DNA of 44,851 nucleotides from a virus (Duplodnaviria; Heunggongvirae; Uroviricota; Caudoviricetes): IMG/VR virus record IMGVR_UViG_2974654489_000001, positions 1 to 44,851 of that record; one strand, 5' to 3'. Shown piece by piece: positions 43,134 to 44,851 of this stretch (position 1 is its first letter; each line of letters starts with the position of its first letter). The notes under the pieces were generated by a model. It saw only the letters and a program-made list of their open reading frames with translations, ran no database searches and was not told where the DNA came from. The position numbers and the translations under genes were made by a program.

Positions 43134-43270
43134 AAATCACAGATACAGAAGCATTCGAAGACGCGCAACTGATGGCACGCATCGCCGTTAGTAACCTGAG
43201 CAGCAATATCCCGGCGGACGCGTTCTGGGCCGCCGCGATGCAGGCACTAAAAGCAGCTTACGCAGGATAG
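43130..43270 (+). CDS. Hypothetical small protein (46 aa)
   Basis: Translationally coupled; alanine-rich. Confidence 0.35.
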
Positions 43271-43275
43271 AAGAA

Positions 43276-43443
43276 ATGAGCGAAGAAATTAGAGAACGAA
43301 GTAAAGTACTTCTACCGTTATGGGTGGGGTATAAAGTCAGCCACACCCCGTTCCCGACACGCGAGGAACTGATGAAACGTAACAGTTTCCCGGGGCCGGA
43401 CAAGAACAAGTATCTCAATCGCATGTGGGGAGAGAAGAAATGA
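43276..43443 (+). CDS. Hypothetical small protein (55 aa)
   Basis: ATG after GAAGAAATG; coupled to next gene. Confidence 0.4.
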   Translation: MSEEIRERSKVLLPLWVGYKVSHTPFPTREELMKRNSFPGPDKNKYLNRMWGEKK

Positions 43444-43649
43444 CGGATGTTAAACCCGGCAGCCTGTACGCTGCTAAAACAGGATTTGGGGAAATTCAAC
43501 AGTTCATTGTAACTGGTGTAGGGATTAACCATGTGCTGGTAGCGGACCATCCACTTATAAAAATGAACGATTCATATCTAGAGTACTGTGTGACAAGAAA
43601 AGAGTTCTCCGAGAAGTTTACTTTTGTAGGGGGTGTAGAAAGTGACTAA
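43440..43649 (+). CDS. Hypothetical protein
   Basis: 69 aa from ATG 43440 (track ORF from 43425). Confidence 0.5.
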   Translation: MTDVKPGSLYAAKTGFGEIQQFIVTGVGINHVLVADHPLIKMNDSYLEYCVTRKEFSEKFTFVGGVESD

Positions 43650-43815
43650 TAACGAATATGAAAAAGCATGCGTCGAATCAGCGACCGGTGAATCTGAAAT
43701 AGCGTGGATTGACGCCAACATCGAGCACTACTTACGGCAAGTAGACGTCCTTATGGAACGCCGCCGTGAGCTTATTAACCGCTTCAACCTGAACAAAGGT
43801 GACGCCAATGCCTAA
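43642..43815 (+). CDS. Hypothetical small protein (57 aa, GTG start)
   Basis: GGGGG RBS; start codon uncertain. Confidence 0.3.
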   Translation: MTNNEYEKACVESATGESEIAWIDANIEHYLRQVDVLMERRRELINRFNLNKGDANA

Positions 43816-44104
43816 AATCACAATAGCATCACTTGAGCGCCGTATTCTGGTGCTTGAGTCAGAGAAACAGACGTTAGGCGGGCAACTGTCAATTAACGGT
43901 GAGTTTCAACTGGAGGCGTTTAAGTTGTTACTTGAGCGCATGAAGAATGAAAACGGTGTAAGTATAGTAACCCGCACCAAAAACGGCGTACAGACTATAG
44001 GGAGAGCGTTTTTGAAAGAATCGGACGCACAGGAGTATAAAGCGTTTCTCTTGCGAAACGAACTCGGAGCTACGTACCAGATACGCCGCATTAGCGTAGA
44101 GTGA
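43808..44104 (+). CDS. Hypothetical coiled-coil protein
   Basis: 98 aa from ATG 43808. Confidence 0.5.
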   Translation: MPKITIASLERRILVLESEKQTLGGQLSINGEFQLEAFKLLLERMKNENGVSIVTRTKNGVQTIGRAFLKESDAQEYKAFLLRNELGATYQIRRISVE

Positions 44105-44109
44105 CTCCG

Positions 44110-44292
44110 ATGAAAGCGCCTGAGCCAGTAGTTATCGATGGTGTCCTGTGGAAACCATACTCGGTTAATCACATCGACGCCGACGGGAAGAAGTTCAGCT
44201 TCTATATTTTTGCAATTAGCCGTGAGCATGCCGCGTGTGTGGTCGACGATATACGAGAAACGGCGTGGCTAGGCGATGAGATAGTGGGGTGA
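44110..44292 (+). CDS. Hypothetical protein
   Basis: ATG 44110 (alternative GTG 44101). Confidence 0.45.
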   Translation: MKAPEPVVIDGVLWKPYSVNHIDADGKKFSFYIFAISREHAACVVDDIRETAWLGDEIVG

Positions 44293-44294
44293 GT

Positions 44295-44465
44295 ATGTTC
44301 AGTGACATTAACGCAGCAATTGAAGAAGCAATCTGGCGTCGTTACAACGGCGAGCAACAACGGCACTTCTGCCTGGTGCAACGGGGTAACATGATTGCTG
44401 TGGTACAGGACCGCGATAACAAATATCCGAATGCGATGTGGACAACGAGGAATTTCTTAGGATGA
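44295..44465 (+). CDS. Hypothetical small protein (56 aa)
   Basis: RBS GTGGGGTGAG; below ORF track cutoff. Confidence 0.4.
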   Translation: MFSDINAAIEEAIWRRYNGEQQRHFCLVQRGNMIAVVQDRDNKYPNAMWTTRNFLG

Positions 44466-44701
44466 TTACCAGCATTCCTAACCTGATTAAAGAATACGGC
44501 ACGATGGCCGAGACATGCCGACAAACCGGCATCAACGAAATGACGATTGCGAAGTACAGTAAAGACGTTGATTGTGAGCGCCACGTAATTTATAACAACC
44601 GTCTGATGACGCACGTTAAGACAAGCCCGGTGTTATTCACGCGCCGGGGTATCACTAAAACAGAGCAACGCATTGCTAAAGGGGAGAGCGGAAATGGTTG
44701 A
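44462..44701 (+). CDS. Putative HTH DNA-binding protein
   Basis: ATGA overlap; AETCRQTGINEMTIAKYSKD helix-turn-helix-like. Confidence 0.45.
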   Translation: MITSIPNLIKEYGTMAETCRQTGINEMTIAKYSKDVDCERHVIYNNRLMTHVKTSPVLFTRRGITKTEQRIAKGESGNG

Positions 44702-44843
44702 ATTCGATGATGCTTCATTTGAGGAGCACATAGACCGGGTTGTTTTAATAGTGTATTGGGGTTTTTACTCAAAAGCATTCGAAGGCGACACGAAAGCAGA
44801 TTGCATAAATCAATTACTGCAATGGGCCACAAGCCGAAAATAA
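44694..44843 (+). CDS. Hypothetical small protein (49 aa)
   Basis: Overlapping start; ends 8 nt before the window end. Confidence 0.35.
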   Translation: MVEFDDASFEEHIDRVVLIVYWGFYSKAFEGDTKADCINQLLQWATSRK

Positions 44844-44851
44844 CAACACCA

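Noticed and set aside
43188-43550. 120-aa minus-strand ORF
   Set aside because: Antisense to a chain of RBS-supported, translationally coupled plus-strand small genes; Ser/Leu/Arg-rich low-complexity product
1-44851. Searched for CRISPR arrays, tRNA genes, integrase and attachment sites
   Set aside because: No regularly spaced direct repeats, no cloverleaf-compatible tRNA-like segments seen by eye, and no tyrosine or serine recombinase-like ORF; absence is by visual inspection only, so a dedicated tRNA or CRISPR scan could still find something

Overview
The window reads as a near-complete, possibly complete, genome of a tailed dsDNA phage of a Gram-negative (probably enterobacterial) host; no integrase or recombinase is visible, so it is probably virulent. 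Four modules are apparent. (1) 0.1-9.1 kb, + strand: packaging and head genes (small and large terminase, portal, MuF-type head morphogenesis protein with a fused VIP2/iota-like ADP-ribosyltransferase domain, Ig-like proteins, scaffold, major capsid), with an Rz/Rz1 spanin pair embedded. (2) 9.2-25.5 kb, + strand: connector and tail genes (HK97 gp10-like, major tail, G/GT chaperone with a lambda-type GGGAAAG -1 frameshift site, tape measure, distal tail proteins, beta-helix tailspike), interrupted by a leftward accessory island at 13.56-16.02 kb (Imm-like membrane protein, HTH-metallophosphoesterase, HAD phosphatase, P-loop kinase). (3) 25.5-38.0 kb, - strand: replication and recombination genes (Toprim protein, SNF2 helicase, C5-MTase-like, VRR-NUC, family A DNA polymerase, gp2.5-like SSB, Cas4/RecB-like exonuclease, primase) with a divergent Cro/CI-type HTH regulator. 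(4) 38.4-44.8 kb, + strand: translationally coupled small genes including an HslV/proteasome-like hydrolase, holin, second membrane protein and GH24 endolysin. The most notable regulatory signals are a 14-bp inverted repeat AATAG-N4-CTATT recurring at about 10 promoters and two paralogous promoter-proximal leader elements, each ending in a hairpin before the downstream gene. All functional calls are from motifs read by eye; no database search was run.
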